DNA of 63,888 nt, counting the filler, from Acidimicrobiia bacterium (GTDB lineage Bacteria; Actinomycetota; Acidimicrobiia; Spongiisociales; CAZKJJ01): NCBI GenBank assembly GCA_046759765.1. It is 4 parts of 4 records of this genome, joined end to end, with 100 filler letters (N's around TTAATTAATTAA, not from the genome) between each part and the next. Parts side by side here need not be neighbours in the genome. Positions count along the whole stretch, not along the records: positions 1 to 19,825 come from JBHICV010000032.1; 3 more parts are not named here. One strand, written 5' to 3'. Shown here piece by piece: positions 9,876 to 19,441 of this stretch; positions within the stretch are counted from its first letter, which is position 1, and each line of letters starts with the position of its first letter. Below the pieces are notes generated by a model. It saw only the letters and a list, made by a program, of their open reading frames with translations. It had not been told where the DNA came from and ran no database searches. A program made the position numbers and the translations under genes.

Positions 9876-11146
9876 GGCGCCGCCTCGGAGGGTGCCGATT
9901 CCGGCTTGGGAATCCGGACTGCTAGAGCCGCGGCGGCGATCATCGCAATCAGCTCGCCAACGAGGAAGGCGACTCCGACCCTGGTAGGGATTTCCCCGTT
10001 GGTCAGCACCAATGCGGCCGCGGCCCCGGTCAGCGCCAGAATCCAGCTCACGGCGAGTCGTCCCGTGTCGCCTCTGGCGACCAGTATCTGGCCCAGGAAC
10101 ATGGCCGCCCCGCCGAGGCATACTCCCGCCGCGGCCAGCGCGGCGAAGGAACTGGGCGGTCGGAACGGCTCTCCGAACAGAAGGGTGACAATGTCGGGGC
10201 CGATCCAGGCGCCGAGTAATGCCGCCGGGACGGCTAGAAGAGCACCGGCAGTCAGGATCCTCGCCGCCCAGCGATTGAGCTCGGCATCCAGCCCTAGCTT
10301 GGCCAGGTTGGTAAAGGGTGGAAGGACTCTCACCAAGAGGCTGTAACCCAGCAGCAGCGGGCTTCGGGCGATGGTCAAGGTGACGTAAACGATCGATATC
10401 ACGGCGGCTCCGGCTCCGAGAAGGGCAGCGGCGAGCGGCCCCGATAGCAGGAGCACTTGGGAGGCTGCGGCCGCCAGCACGAAGCTGGCGAGGAAGACGG
10501 CCGGATTTTCGTCGCTGTCCACGATCGGTGGCGGGTCCGATCGGATCACCGGCCACCAAAGCAGGATTACAAAGGGTGCGATGGCTAGCGCGGCTCCGAC
10601 ACCGAGCGCGGATGCTCCGACCAGCAGAACGGCGGCCGTCACGATCAACCGAGAGACGGGCATTGCTGCCGTGGCGAAACCGTACGACCGGAATCTTCGG
10701 CGCCCGGCCAAATGGCCACGTCCCACCACATAAAGGCCGTGGATGGCGACGCTTGCTGCCACCAGCAAGACGAAGCCGAGATCTCCGCCGAAGAACTGCT
10801 CATAGCCCGCCGCGGCCACGGCAGACGTCAACACCACCGTCAGGACGATGGTGGTGCCAATCGTCTGACGAGGATTCCGATCGAACCCTCCCCGCCAGGT
10901 GACAGACCGAATAACCAGCTGCTCGATCGGCAGTAGCACGACGGCAAAGGCAAGGAAGGACAGAGTCAGGAGGGAACCAACCGGAGCGAAGCCCTCGGGT
11001 CCCAGCGCCCGCCCTCCGAGCACCTGGTAGACGTAGTTTCCGAAGGCAGCAACCGCGGTGCCACCAACCATGTACGCGGTGCCATCGGTGGCCCAGCGTT
11101 TGAGCAGTGGGGCCCGCTCCGCAGAGGCACTGGTTGCCGAAGCCAA
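9872..11146 (-). CDS. Polysaccharide biosynthesis membrane protein (Wzx-like flippase)
   Basis: About 12 TM helices, 'GRALGPEGF' N-terminal motif; start uncertain (TTG 11146 chosen). Confidence 0.75.
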   Translation of the reverse strand: MASATSASAERAPLLKRWATDGTAYMVGGTAVAAFGNYVYQVLGGRALGPEGFAPVGSLLTLSFLAFAVVLLPIEQLVIRSVTWRGGFDRNPRQTIGTTIVLTVVLTSAVAAAGYEQFFGGDLGFVLLVAASVAIHGLYVVGRGHLAGRRRFRSYGFATAAMPVSRLIVTAAVLLVGASALGVGAALAIAPFVILLWWPVIRSDPPPIVDSDENPAVFLASFVLAAAASQVLLLSGPLAAALLGAGAAVISIVYVTLTIARSPLLLGYSLLVRVLPPFTNLAKLGLDAELNRWAARILTAGALLAVPAALLGAWIGPDIVTLLFGEPFRPPSSFAALAAAGVCLGGAAMFLGQILVARGDTGRLAVSWILALTGAAAALVLTNGEIPTRVGVAFLVGELIAMIAAAALAVRIPKPESAPSEAAP

Positions 11147-11242
11147 GATCGGGAAAGCGTAGTAGCAGCACGTGCCTCGGCCGCTTCTCCAGCGGATGCA
11201 CCTCCGCGGTCTGGAGGTGCCTGCGGCTACGCTCCCGGAACG

Positions 11243-12349
11243 ATGCGGGCACCAGTTCCGATCACGTCCGTTCAGCTGGGCGAAGCCGAAGAAGAGCAAG
11301 TTATGGAGGTGCTTCGCTCCGGACAACTGGCGCAAGGACCAAAGGTCGAGCGGCTCGAAGAGCTGTTTCGGTCAGTCGTTGAAAGCAGCCATGCGGTGGC
11401 GGTTTCCTCCGGGACTGCGGCGCTTTTTACCGCACTCGACGTCCTCGAGTTGGGCCCGGGCGATGAGGTGATCACCTCGCCGTTTACGTTCGGTGCCACA
11501 CTCAACGCCATCATTGCCACGGGCGCGACTGCCCGCTTCGCCGACATTGGCGACGACTTCAATCTCGATCCGGATGAGGTCGCAGATTCGGTCTCGCCAC
11601 GCACCCGAGTCATCATGCCGGTCCACCTGTATGGATTACCGGCTGACATGGGCACGATCTCGGAGATCGCGGCCGGAAACCACCTGACGATCGTCGAGGA
11701 CGCGGCGCAGGCAATTGGCGCCTTAGTCGACGATCGTCCGGTCGGTTCGTTCGGACTGGGTTGCTTTTCGCTCTATGCGACTAAGAACGTCACCACCGGT
11801 GAGGGAGGAGTGATCACTACTGATGACGACCAGCTCGCCGACCAGCTCCGTCTCATCAGAAACCAGGGGATGCGGAATCGCTACCAGTACGAGCGAAGCG
11901 GCAACAACTTTCGGCTCACCGATCTACAAGCTGCCCTCGGCATACCGCAGATGGAGCGCCTTGCCGACATCACCGACAGAAGGCGCGAAAACGCGGCCTA
12001 TCTCCTGGAAGGACTGTCCGGCATTCCGGGTCTCCAGCTGCCCGTTCAACCACCAGGGAGAATGCATGTCTTTCACCAGTTCACGATTCGTGTTACCTCC
12101 GATGCGGTCCTCACTCGGGACGACCTCCAAAAGGCGATGGCGTCCCATGGAGTCGAATCCGCGGTCTACTACCCCAGGGTCGTGTTCGACTATGAGTCGT
12201 TCGTGGGCCATCCCCAGGTGGAGGAGGCAAGGGTGCCGCGGGCGCAGTCTGCGGCGGATCACGTCCTGTCCATCCCCGTTCATCAGCACCTATCCCGTCA
12301 GGACCTTGACATGGTTGTCGAGGCGGTAGGACACTCTCTTCGTGCTTGA
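11243..12349 (+). CDS. DegT/DnrJ/EryC1/StrS PLP aminotransferase (WbpE/WlbC-like)
   Basis: SSGTAAL, PVHLYG, EDAAQA and FSLYATKN..GEGG motifs. Confidence 0.93.
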   Translation: MRAPVPITSVQLGEAEEEQVMEVLRSGQLAQGPKVERLEELFRSVVESSHAVAVSSGTAALFTALDVLELGPGDEVITSPFTFGATLNAIIATGATARFADIGDDFNLDPDEVADSVSPRTRVIMPVHLYGLPADMGTISEIAAGNHLTIVEDAAQAIGALVDDRPVGSFGLGCFSLYATKNVTTGEGGVITTDDDQLADQLRLIRNQGMRNRYQYERSGNNFRLTDLQAALGIPQMERLADITDRRRENAAYLLEGLSGIPGLQLPVQPPGRMHVFHQFTIRVTSDAVLTRDDLQKAMASHGVESAVYYPRVVFDYESFVGHPQVEEARVPRAQSAADHVLSIPVHQHLSRQDLDMVVEAVGHSLRA

Positions 12350-13304
12350 GCTGGCGATTGTCGGCGCAGGAGTGATGGGGAGCCATCACGGCCGAGTAGC
12401 TATGGGACTTAGGGACGCACGGCCGGCGTTCATCGTCGATCCCGATGCAGAAGCTGGTAGTCGGCTCGCCGAGTCAACAGGCGCCAAATACGTGCCCGAC
12501 GTCAGCGAGGTGATAGGCCGGATTCAGGCAGCCATCGTGGCGGTTCCGACCCACCTACACCGCTCGATCTCGGAGCAGCTCCTGTCAGAAGGCATTCATG
12601 TCCTCCTCGAGAAGCCCATCGCCTCGAGCGTGGACGAGGCCTTGAGCGTGGTCGAGACGGCCGAGCGGAACGGAGTCCGCCTGATGATCGGCCACGTCGA
12701 ACGGTTCAACCCCGCCATACTCGAATTGGACCGAATCGTTTCCGATCCCGTTCATATCGACGTTGCCCGGATCGGCCCCCATTCGCCACGCCTGGCGGAT
12801 CATGTTGTTCTCGACCTCATGGTCCACGACCTCGACATCGCTACCGCACTCGTCGGCAGTCCGGTCCACGAGATCGCTGCTTTCGGGCGTGGAATCCTCG
12901 GCGACGAGCCCGACATTGCGTCGGCGATGCTTCGCTTCGAAGGCGGTGCCACTGCCGTCTTCACAGCCAGTCGGATTGGGCAGAGCAAGATAAGGCGGCT
13001 GGAGATCACCCAACACGACAGCTTCGTGGTAGTCGACATGCTCCGCCAGACGGTGATGATCGAACGAGGCTCCCAGTCGGAGTTCCTGGACGAAGAGCGG
13101 GCATATCGGCAGGAGGGGGTCATCGAGATCCCTTACCTGTCCTGGAAAGGCGAGCCCCTGTATCTCGAGCAGGAGCACTTCGTCGGCTCGGTCCTTTCGG
13201 GGACAGAGCCGAAAGTCGACGGGCGGGCCGGCGTACAGGCTCTTCAGCTTTCGCTCGAGGTGACGGCGGCAGTGGAGCAGTCGTCTGCGGGCCGATCAGC
13301 TTGA
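12342..13304 (+). CDS. Gfo/Idh/MocA oxidoreductase (WbpB/WlbA-like)
   Basis: GAGVMG, EKP, GHVERFNP and DLMVHDLD motifs. Confidence 0.92.
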   Translation: MLELAIVGAGVMGSHHGRVAMGLRDARPAFIVDPDAEAGSRLAESTGAKYVPDVSEVIGRIQAAIVAVPTHLHRSISEQLLSEGIHVLLEKPIASSVDEALSVVETAERNGVRLMIGHVERFNPAILELDRIVSDPVHIDVARIGPHSPRLADHVVLDLMVHDLDIATALVGSPVHEIAAFGRGILGDEPDIASAMLRFEGGATAVFTASRIGQSKIRRLEITQHDSFVVVDMLRQTVMIERGSQSEFLDEERAYRQEGVIEIPYLSWKGEPLYLEQEHFVGSVLSGTEPKVDGRAGVQALQLSLEVTAAVEQSSAGRSA

Positions 13305-13317
13305 CCCGGCGTCGAGC

Positions 13318-13893
13318 GTGAACGCCGCAATCCACGATTCGGCCGATGTCGAAGCCGGTGCTTCAGTTGGGGCGGGGACTCGTGTCTGGCGGAACGTCCA
13401 CATCCGTGCGGGTGCCAAGGTTGGCAAGGAGTGTGTGATTGGCGGAGGGGCCTTCATCGATACCGATGTTCAGATCGGAGACAGGGTCAAGATCGAGAAC
13501 AACGCCATGCTCTTCGCTCCCGCTCGGGTCGAGGATGGGGCATTCATTGGTCCGGGAGCGTGCCTGACGAATGATCCTCGGCCCCGGGCCGTGACGCCAG
13601 ATGGTCAGCCGAAGGATCAGGCGGACTGGCATCCTGACGGCGTCGTCGTCGGCGAGGGAGCTTCAGTCGGCGCGATGTCGGTCGTGCTACCCGGAGTCGT
13701 AATCGGCCCATGGTCCATGATCGGGGCGGGGGCAACGGTGACACGGGACGTCCCGGCCCACGGGCTGGCGGTGGGAAACCCGGCCCGGCTGGTCGGATGG
13801 GCCTGCCTCTGCGGACGGACGCTGGACGACCAGCTGATCTGTTCGTGCGGCCGGACCTACGAGAAGGCAACCGACGGCCTGGTTCTGGTCTAA
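13318..13893 (+). CDS. Hexapeptide-repeat N-acetyltransferase (WbpD/WlbB-like)
   Basis: Left-handed beta-helix repeats, TNDPRPRA, GNPAR..GW.C.CG. Confidence 0.9.
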   Translation: MNAAIHDSADVEAGASVGAGTRVWRNVHIRAGAKVGKECVIGGGAFIDTDVQIGDRVKIENNAMLFAPARVEDGAFIGPGACLTNDPRPRAVTPDGQPKDQADWHPDGVVVGEGASVGAMSVVLPGVVIGPWSMIGAGATVTRDVPAHGLAVGNPARLVGWACLCGRTLDDQLICSCGRTYEKATDGLVLV

Positions 13894-13936
13894 GAATCCG
13901 CTGCTCGCATGAGTCGAGCAAGGCAGGGGCGGTTCT

Positions 13937-14632
13937 ATGCGAACAGGTAATCTCCCGGCGATGATCGCCGAGCCTGATGCTGCTTCCCCGCTAACGGCGT
14001 CTTGGGTCTATCTGGGCACCAAACGGCTCCTAGACACGATGCTGGGGACCGCCGCCCTGGTGTTGTCTGCGCCGATCATGGTGGTTCTGGCCTTGCTGAT
14101 AAGGCTGGACTCAACGGGCCCGGCGCTCTTTCGTCAGCTGCGCGTCGGAAAGGGAGCCCAGACCTTCCTAATGGTCAAGTTTCGGACGATGACAGCTGAC
14201 AACGACGACACCATCCATCAGGAGTACTACCGCAAGCTGGTGGAAGGGGACGCGGAGGCGCGCCTGAACGCTGAAGGGCTCCCGGTCTATCTCCTCGATG
14301 ACCCGCGGGTGACGAGGATGGGGCGTTTCTTGCGGCGAACGTCGCTCGATGAACTGCCGAACCTCTTCAATGTGCTGGCGGGCGATATGTCGCTCGTCGG
14401 GCCTCGGCCCGCCATCACTTATGAGGTGGACCTCTACGACGACCGTGCGCGGCGCCGACTCACTGTTAAGCCGGGAATGACCGGCCTAGCCCAGATCGGT
14501 GGGAGAGGCGGGCTGACTTTCGGGCAGATGGTCGACTTCGACCTCGACTACATCGCGCGTCGCTCTTTGCGCCTGGACCTGCAGATACTGCTGGCTACGC
14601 CGAGAGCCGTCTTCTCGCGACGCGGGGTATAA
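13937..14632 (+). CDS. Bacterial sugar transferase (priming phosphoglycosyl transferase)
   Basis: KFRTM, DPRVT, SLDELP, MSLVGPRP and KPGMTGLAQ motifs. Confidence 0.93.
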   Translation: MRTGNLPAMIAEPDAASPLTASWVYLGTKRLLDTMLGTAALVLSAPIMVVLALLIRLDSTGPALFRQLRVGKGAQTFLMVKFRTMTADNDDTIHQEYYRKLVEGDAEARLNAEGLPVYLLDDPRVTRMGRFLRRTSLDELPNLFNVLAGDMSLVGPRPAITYEVDLYDDRARRRLTVKPGMTGLAQIGGRGGLTFGQMVDFDLDYIARRSLRLDLQILLATPRAVFSRRGV

Positions 14633-14671
14633 GGGCTGACTGCCTAAGGGTTGACGGCCCTGAGGCGTCGG

Positions 14672-15685
14672 TTACATCCGGATCCGGCGCTGGAAGAGGC
14701 TGTTCTCCAGCGCCTTTTCCGCGGTCTCGTCCCTCAGGTCAACGGAGACATGCCCACAATCGGCGCAGATGTGCCGGACCAAACCTCCGGGGATGCCGTT
14801 GGACTCGAAACGATGGCGATGCTCCTCGACCTCGGCCTTGACGAACAAGCGCCGAACGCCCTCCGACAGTGCCGCCGGGGCCGCCTTGGCCTTCTCGGGC
14901 GACGCGGCCGCCGCCTGTCCGGCGCCGGCGAGGCCTTTCTCAGCGCTGGAGATAATCGTCGGTGAGGTCGGCTCGTCAGCATTGATTGGGGTCGGCGAGG
15001 ACGCCTTCTCGTCCTTGTCTGGTCGCGCGGGCCGAGGTTGGGGTCGCGATGAGGGAGTAGTCGCGGGAGTCGCCTGAGGCTCCTGCGGTACTGACTGGGG
15101 GGCAACGAGCGGCTCGTGGGGGGTTGGTTCCACGACCCGAGTACCCGTCGGCTCGGCTACCGACGGTTCCTCAGCGACGTCGTAAGGGTCCGGCTCCGGA
15201 ACGGGTGTGTCCGCTACACGTGGCTCGGCGACCGGGGCCTGGTTCTGGACTGCGGCGAGCTCCTTGAACAGCTCCAGGAACTCGTCCATCTTCTGGGTGG
15301 ACGGCACTGGGGCATCCACTTCCCACGCGCGCTCCGGCTCCTGCGGAGCCGGCACGACGACTGCTTTGAGTCCTTTTCTCGCCTTTTTGGCAGCCCGACG
15401 CGACTTCCGAGTCTCTTTCTCGCCCAGGTCGGGGGCGATCTCATACCGAAACTCCACCGGATCGTCGGGTGCGAAGACGACGGTTTCGCTTCCAAAAGCC
15501 AGTTTGAAGCGCTCCGACCCGACCTCCTCGACTTCGGTGGCGAGAGGGGTCCAGCTTCCGAGTACTCCATCGTCGGTACTTAGCGTCAGCGCATCCTCGG
15601 CAACGCGCATTTTGATGCGCAGACCGTCGCGGTCGCCTTCGTCCAAGAACAATTGACCGGTCAGCATTCGCAAAGTGGACTCCAA
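14672..15685 (-). CDS. Hypothetical protein: beta-rich N-domain, long Pro/Glu linker, C-terminal HxH...CxxC module
   Basis: 337-aa ORF with a TACAAT -10 just upstream; start may be ATG 15667. Confidence 0.7.
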   Translation of the reverse strand: MESTLRMLTGQLFLDEGDRDGLRIKMRVAEDALTLSTDDGVLGSWTPLATEVEEVGSERFKLAFGSETVVFAPDDPVEFRYEIAPDLGEKETRKSRRAAKKARKGLKAVVVPAPQEPERAWEVDAPVPSTQKMDEFLELFKELAAVQNQAPVAEPRVADTPVPEPDPYDVAEEPSVAEPTGTRVVEPTPHEPLVAPQSVPQEPQATPATTPSSRPQPRPARPDKDEKASSPTPINADEPTSPTIISSAEKGLAGAGQAAAASPEKAKAAPAALSEGVRRLFVKAEVEEHRHRFESNGIPGGLVRHICADCGHVSVDLRDETAEKALENSLFQRRIRM

Positions 15686-15695
15686 GGGCAGTTCA

Positions 15696-15747
15696 CATTG
15701 TATCCCTTAGGGATAGGGATACCACAATGGGTGGTTGTAATACCACC
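15696..15747 (-). promoter_or_regulatory. -10 element (TACAAT, minus strand) overlapped by palindrome GTATCCCT-N7-AGGGATAC; second inverted repeat GGTGGT-N6-ACCACC
   Basis: Read directly from an AT-richer intergenic region. Confidence 0.5.
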
Positions 15748-15755
15748 TAGCGTGA

Positions 15756-16541
15756 CTAGTGCGGCGCTTCGGCAGGTCGGGGCAGCGGCTTCAGTCGGTG
15801 ATCGGGAGTGAATAGGCGGCTCGAAACGCCGAGAGCCATGACCGCGGTGGTGGTGGCCACGGACCCCAGAATCAAATACATGATGGCCGCCTGGACCAGG
15901 ACTGCGTCGATCGGGTCGACGCCCGCCAGGATGAGCCCGGTCATCGCTCCGGGTAGGAAAACGAGACCGACCGCCTTGGTCGTCTCGATCTGAGGGATCA
16001 GCGCCGTCCTCAGGGAGGTCCGTACGTACGGATGGGCTGCGGTGCGTGAGGACTGACCCAGGGCCAGCCTCGCCTCGACCTCCGCTCGCTTGTCGCGTAT
16101 CTCTTCGATCACTCGGCGTGAGCAGAGAATCGTGGCGTTCATGGAGTTGCCAATCATCATTCCCGCCAGCGGAATCAATGCTCTCGCCTCCAGAGGAAAG
16201 ATTCCCAAGCCAAAGATCACGCTCAGCGTCACGATCGCCGCAGCCGCATAGGCAATAAGGGACAGGGGCAACACGGCTGGGACCTCGGGAGCCCTCCTCA
16301 CGGATGTGAAGCCGGCGAACACCACCATGGCCACGACCCATGCCCAGGACCACGCAAGGGAGCGGCCCGGATCCAGGACGAAGACCAAAGCTACTCCTAC
16401 CACGAGCAGTTGCACGATTGCGCGCACTGACGCCCAGGCAATGGTTCGCTCAACCCGGAGTCCCTGCCAGACCGAGATGGCGATGGCTACTCCCACCAGG
16501 ATCAGTGAGGCGGCCACTCCGGCCGGCGTGATGTCAGTCAT
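15756..16541 (-). CDS. fetB: ABC transporter permease, UPF0014/FetB family
   Basis: RAIVQLLVVG, IPLAGMMIGNSM and VGLVFLPGAMTG motifs. Confidence 0.9.
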   Translation of the reverse strand: MTDITPAGVAASLILVGVAIAISVWQGLRVERTIAWASVRAIVQLLVVGVALVFVLDPGRSLAWSWAWVVAMVVFAGFTSVRRAPEVPAVLPLSLIAYAAAAIVTLSVIFGLGIFPLEARALIPLAGMMIGNSMNATILCSRRVIEEIRDKRAEVEARLALGQSSRTAAHPYVRTSLRTALIPQIETTKAVGLVFLPGAMTGLILAGVDPIDAVLVQAAIMYLILGSVATTTAVMALGVSSRLFTPDHRLKPLPRPAEAPH

Positions 16542-17217
16542 GCGAGCTCCCGAGATCTTCCTGGGGTGGTCCTTCGTAGGTGATCTGGCCTTTCTCCAGG
16601 CCCACGACGTGAGTGGCGAGACGGCGCATCTGGTCGTGATCGTGGGTGACCCACACGACCGAGACGCCTCGGTCGGCCAGGCCGAGGACTTCCTCTTCGA
16701 GTCCGCGCCTGAGCTCCGGATCCACCGATGCGGTGGGTTCGTCCATCAGCAGAGTCTCCGGCTCGGTCAGGAGCGTCCGGGCCAGACAAAGGCGCTGTGC
16801 CTCCCCTCCCGACAGGTTATCTGCCGCACGGCCGAGGAACGCAGAGGAAAGGTGGACCCGGTCGAGGACGTCAACGAGCTGGTCGTCCGTTGCGCCCGGG
16901 TCGGCGACCGTCAGGTTGTCGCGGACCGTGCCCCCGAACAGAACGGGCTGCTGAAAGACGATTCCTACGCGTCGTCGGAGTTCTTGGGGATCTAGGTCGT
17001 CGAGCGGGGCATCGAGGTATGTGATCTGTCCTCCCGACGGGATGGAGAGGCGGTTGCACAGCCGGAGGAGCGTCGTCTTCCCGGACCCGGAAGGACCAAC
17101 GACCACGGTGATCTCGTCCGTTGGCAGATCGAGGGTCAACTCCGAAAGTATCCGGGCCCCATTGGAGGTGACGGAAACGTCATCGAAGTGAAATAGCGAG
17201 GTTCGGTCGCCAGTCAT
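16534..17217 (-). CDS. fetA: ABC transporter ATP-binding protein, FetA-like
   Basis: GPSGSGKT, LSGGEAQR, LLMDEP; overlaps fetB. Confidence 0.85.
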   Translation of the reverse strand: MTGDRTSLFHFDDVSVTSNGARILSELTLDLPTDEITVVVGPSGSGKTTLLRLCNRLSIPSGGQITYLDAPLDDLDPQELRRRVGIVFQQPVLFGGTVRDNLTVADPGATDDQLVDVLDRVHLSSAFLGRAADNLSGGEAQRLCLARTLLTEPETLLMDEPTASVDPELRRGLEEEVLGLADRGVSVVWVTHDHDQMRRLATHVVGLEKGQITYEGPPQEDLGSSHD

Positions 17218-17277
17218 GTCCCTTGCTCGTGACGTCGAGGTCACGCTACCGGGAGTAGGGACTCCTCCCGTGCCAGG

Positions 17278-18033
17278 TCAGGCGAAGTGAGTTTTAGGGC
17301 GCTCCTGTAGCTCGCCGTCCACGTAGATGTCGACCTTCTCGTTGTAGAAGCTGAGCAGTCCGGCGATCTTGGCACTCTCGTCCACGGGGTGCTTATAGCT
17401 CCACACGATGTCGGTGAAAGTCTCCCCATCGGCCTCGAGCGTCCAATAGCTGGCATCACCCTTGTATGGACAGCTCGTATGTGTGTCGGTGGGTGTGAGC
17501 AGATCCATGCGGACATCGGTCTTGGGAATGTAATAGCGCGTCGGGAGGCCGGTCTCGAAGAGGAGGGTGGGGTGATGCGTGTCCGCCACCTTGACCCCGT
17601 TGACCCGGATCTCCACGTGCCGGGAGCTACGGATGATGTCCACCCTGGTGTAAGGGTCGCGGGGGTGGACAAAGACTTCTTCGTCCTCCTCGAACCAGGA
17701 GTCCATGGACCTCCAGTCGAAGCGGTAGTACCCACGGATCTCATCGATGGGAGAGTCGACGTAAGTCGAGGCTGCGTTGGTCGCCTCCTTATCGCCTGCC
17801 TTGATGGTGAACAGCTGTGCGTCGCCCCGGCTGGGCGAGCGGCGGGTCTCCCCGGTCGGTACGAGGAGATCGGTCCGGACGTCCTCGGCCGGAAGGTAGT
17901 AGTGGGGAAAGTAGGGAGACTCCCAGACGAGAAGCGCTCGTCTCGTATCGGCAATTGCCTCTCCGCCGAGGTAGGCGCGCACCCACTTCTCGACCGGCTC
18001 TATGCGAACCCTCCCTCGGGCTGCGGTCGTCAT
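17278..18033 (-). CDS. DUF427 (NTP_transf_9) two-domain protein
   Basis: HPRDPYTRVD, TRYYIP..DVR and CPYKG motifs. Confidence 0.9.
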   Translation of the reverse strand: MTTAARGRVRIEPVEKWVRAYLGGEAIADTRRALLVWESPYFPHYYLPAEDVRTDLLVPTGETRRSPSRGDAQLFTIKAGDKEATNAASTYVDSPIDEIRGYYRFDWRSMDSWFEEDEEVFVHPRDPYTRVDIIRSSRHVEIRVNGVKVADTHHPTLLFETGLPTRYYIPKTDVRMDLLTPTDTHTSCPYKGDASYWTLEADGETFTDIVWSYKHPVDESAKIAGLLSFYNEKVDIYVDGELQERPKTHFA

Positions 18034-18136
18034 CTTTGGCCTAACAGTTGGGGACGGTTGCTTCAACCCAACGGAGTGGGTGCAACATTCCGGTCTGGCG
18101 GACCTTCGGGCATCCAGAACTAGCCTGTTTCGCCCT

Positions 18137-18571
18137 ATGCGAGGAAGTCTGCTTCTGGTGTCCACTCTTGTCGTCGCGCTATCCGCCTGCACTTCCGGCG
18201 CGGACGATCCGATGTCGGAGGGACGCCGTCTCTATCTGCAGCACTGCACGGCCTGTCATGGCGACTTCGGAGAAGGCGGAATAGGCAGACCGCTTGCCGA
18301 TGTGGTGTCCGTGTTTCCGGAGTGCGCCATTCACGTGACGTGGATCACCATCGGCTCCGTGCGCTGGCTCGAGGAGGTCGGGCCGACCTACGGAGCCGGC
18401 AATCGAGCTCCGGAAGGCATCATGCCGTCCTTCGGGGGCACGCTCACGGACGAGCAGATCAGGGTGGTAGCTGCGTATGAGCGAGCTGATTTCGGCGGGG
18501 TGACTGAGTCGGTTGCTTTTGCGGGCTGCTCCGTTGCGCTGCCCAGCGAGGCGTCAGCCGCTCCCAGTTAG
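18137..18571 (+). CDS. Monoheme cytochrome c lipoprotein
   Basis: LSAC lipobox, CTACH heme motif, distal MP. Confidence 0.85.
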   Translation: MRGSLLLVSTLVVALSACTSGADDPMSEGRRLYLQHCTACHGDFGEGGIGRPLADVVSVFPECAIHVTWITIGSVRWLEEVGPTYGAGNRAPEGIMPSFGGTLTDEQIRVVAAYERADFGGVTESVAFAGCSVALPSEASAAPS

Positions 18572-19441
18572 GACCGAAATCACCTCATCGACGGGGTAGT
18601 CGATCGTCGTGAAGGTGTCCGGAACACTCAGCACCCGCCATTCACTGGCGCCCGGCCGCCACCGGGCGGTCCATTCATAGGACACGGTCAGCGGGTAGGC
18701 GGACAGGGTCGCGTGGCAGCGGGACGCTCCTGGCTCGGAGCAAGTCTTGATCTCGTAGATATGCGAGGCTGCTCCGTCTGGTGAAGGCGTCAGCAGTGGG
18801 TACAGCGCCCCGGTGAACGAATCGGCATCGCTTCCGTCGCCCCACTCCACGGTCACGGCCGACACCTCAGCGTGTACTTCCAAGGTGACACCCGTACCGG
18901 GGGAGGTCAGGGTGGCGTCGAACGGATCTGGGGGAGTGAGCGCAACGAAGGTGTCGAGGCCCGTGAGGCCAAGCCCCACGGGAGGGTCAACGGTCGGATC
19001 CGGCTCCTGATGCACGTACTCCTCGATAAGGCTCCAGACGGCCGCCGAGTCGCTGAGCACCGGCTCGGGGCGCGAAGTACAGACCGGAAGGGTGACGTTG
19101 ATGGCTATTGGCCCGGCCGCGGGATCAGGATCAAAGCCGAGAGTGGCGGTGTCACCGGCAGTCGAGATGATCACCCACTCGGTGGTGGCGGTGGTCCAGA
19201 ACCAGCATTGGATCCCGGACTGCTCGTAGCCGACGTTGGGAGAAAAGTCGACCGCAGTGCCGCGTTCGAGCACGAACTCGGCGCGGGAACCCTCGACAAC
19301 GCAGACGGTTACTGAGATTGGTTCGAATGTCTCGGAATCTGTTCGAGACTCATGCCAGCAGCGCAAGAGCTCTGCAGAAGACGCGGTTACCGGTATCGAG
19401 ACGATGATTCCTATCCCAGCGACGACGAGAGTCAGCCTCAT
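18554..19441 (-). CDS. Secreted Cys-containing protein with PKD-like C-terminal domain
   Basis: Signal peptide; V.WGDG...SHIY...Y.LTVSY.W motif. Confidence 0.7.
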   Translation of the reverse strand: MRLTLVVAGIGIIVSIPVTASSAELLRCWHESRTDSETFEPISVTVCVVEGSRAEFVLERGTAVDFSPNVGYEQSGIQCWFWTTATTEWVIISTAGDTATLGFDPDPAAGPIAINVTLPVCTSRPEPVLSDSAAVWSLIEEYVHQEPDPTVDPPVGLGLTGLDTFVALTPPDPFDATLTSPGTGVTLEVHAEVSAVTVEWGDGSDADSFTGALYPLLTPSPDGAASHIYEIKTCSEPGASRCHATLSAYPLTVSYEWTARWRPGASEWRVLSVPDTFTTIDYPVDEVISVLTGSG

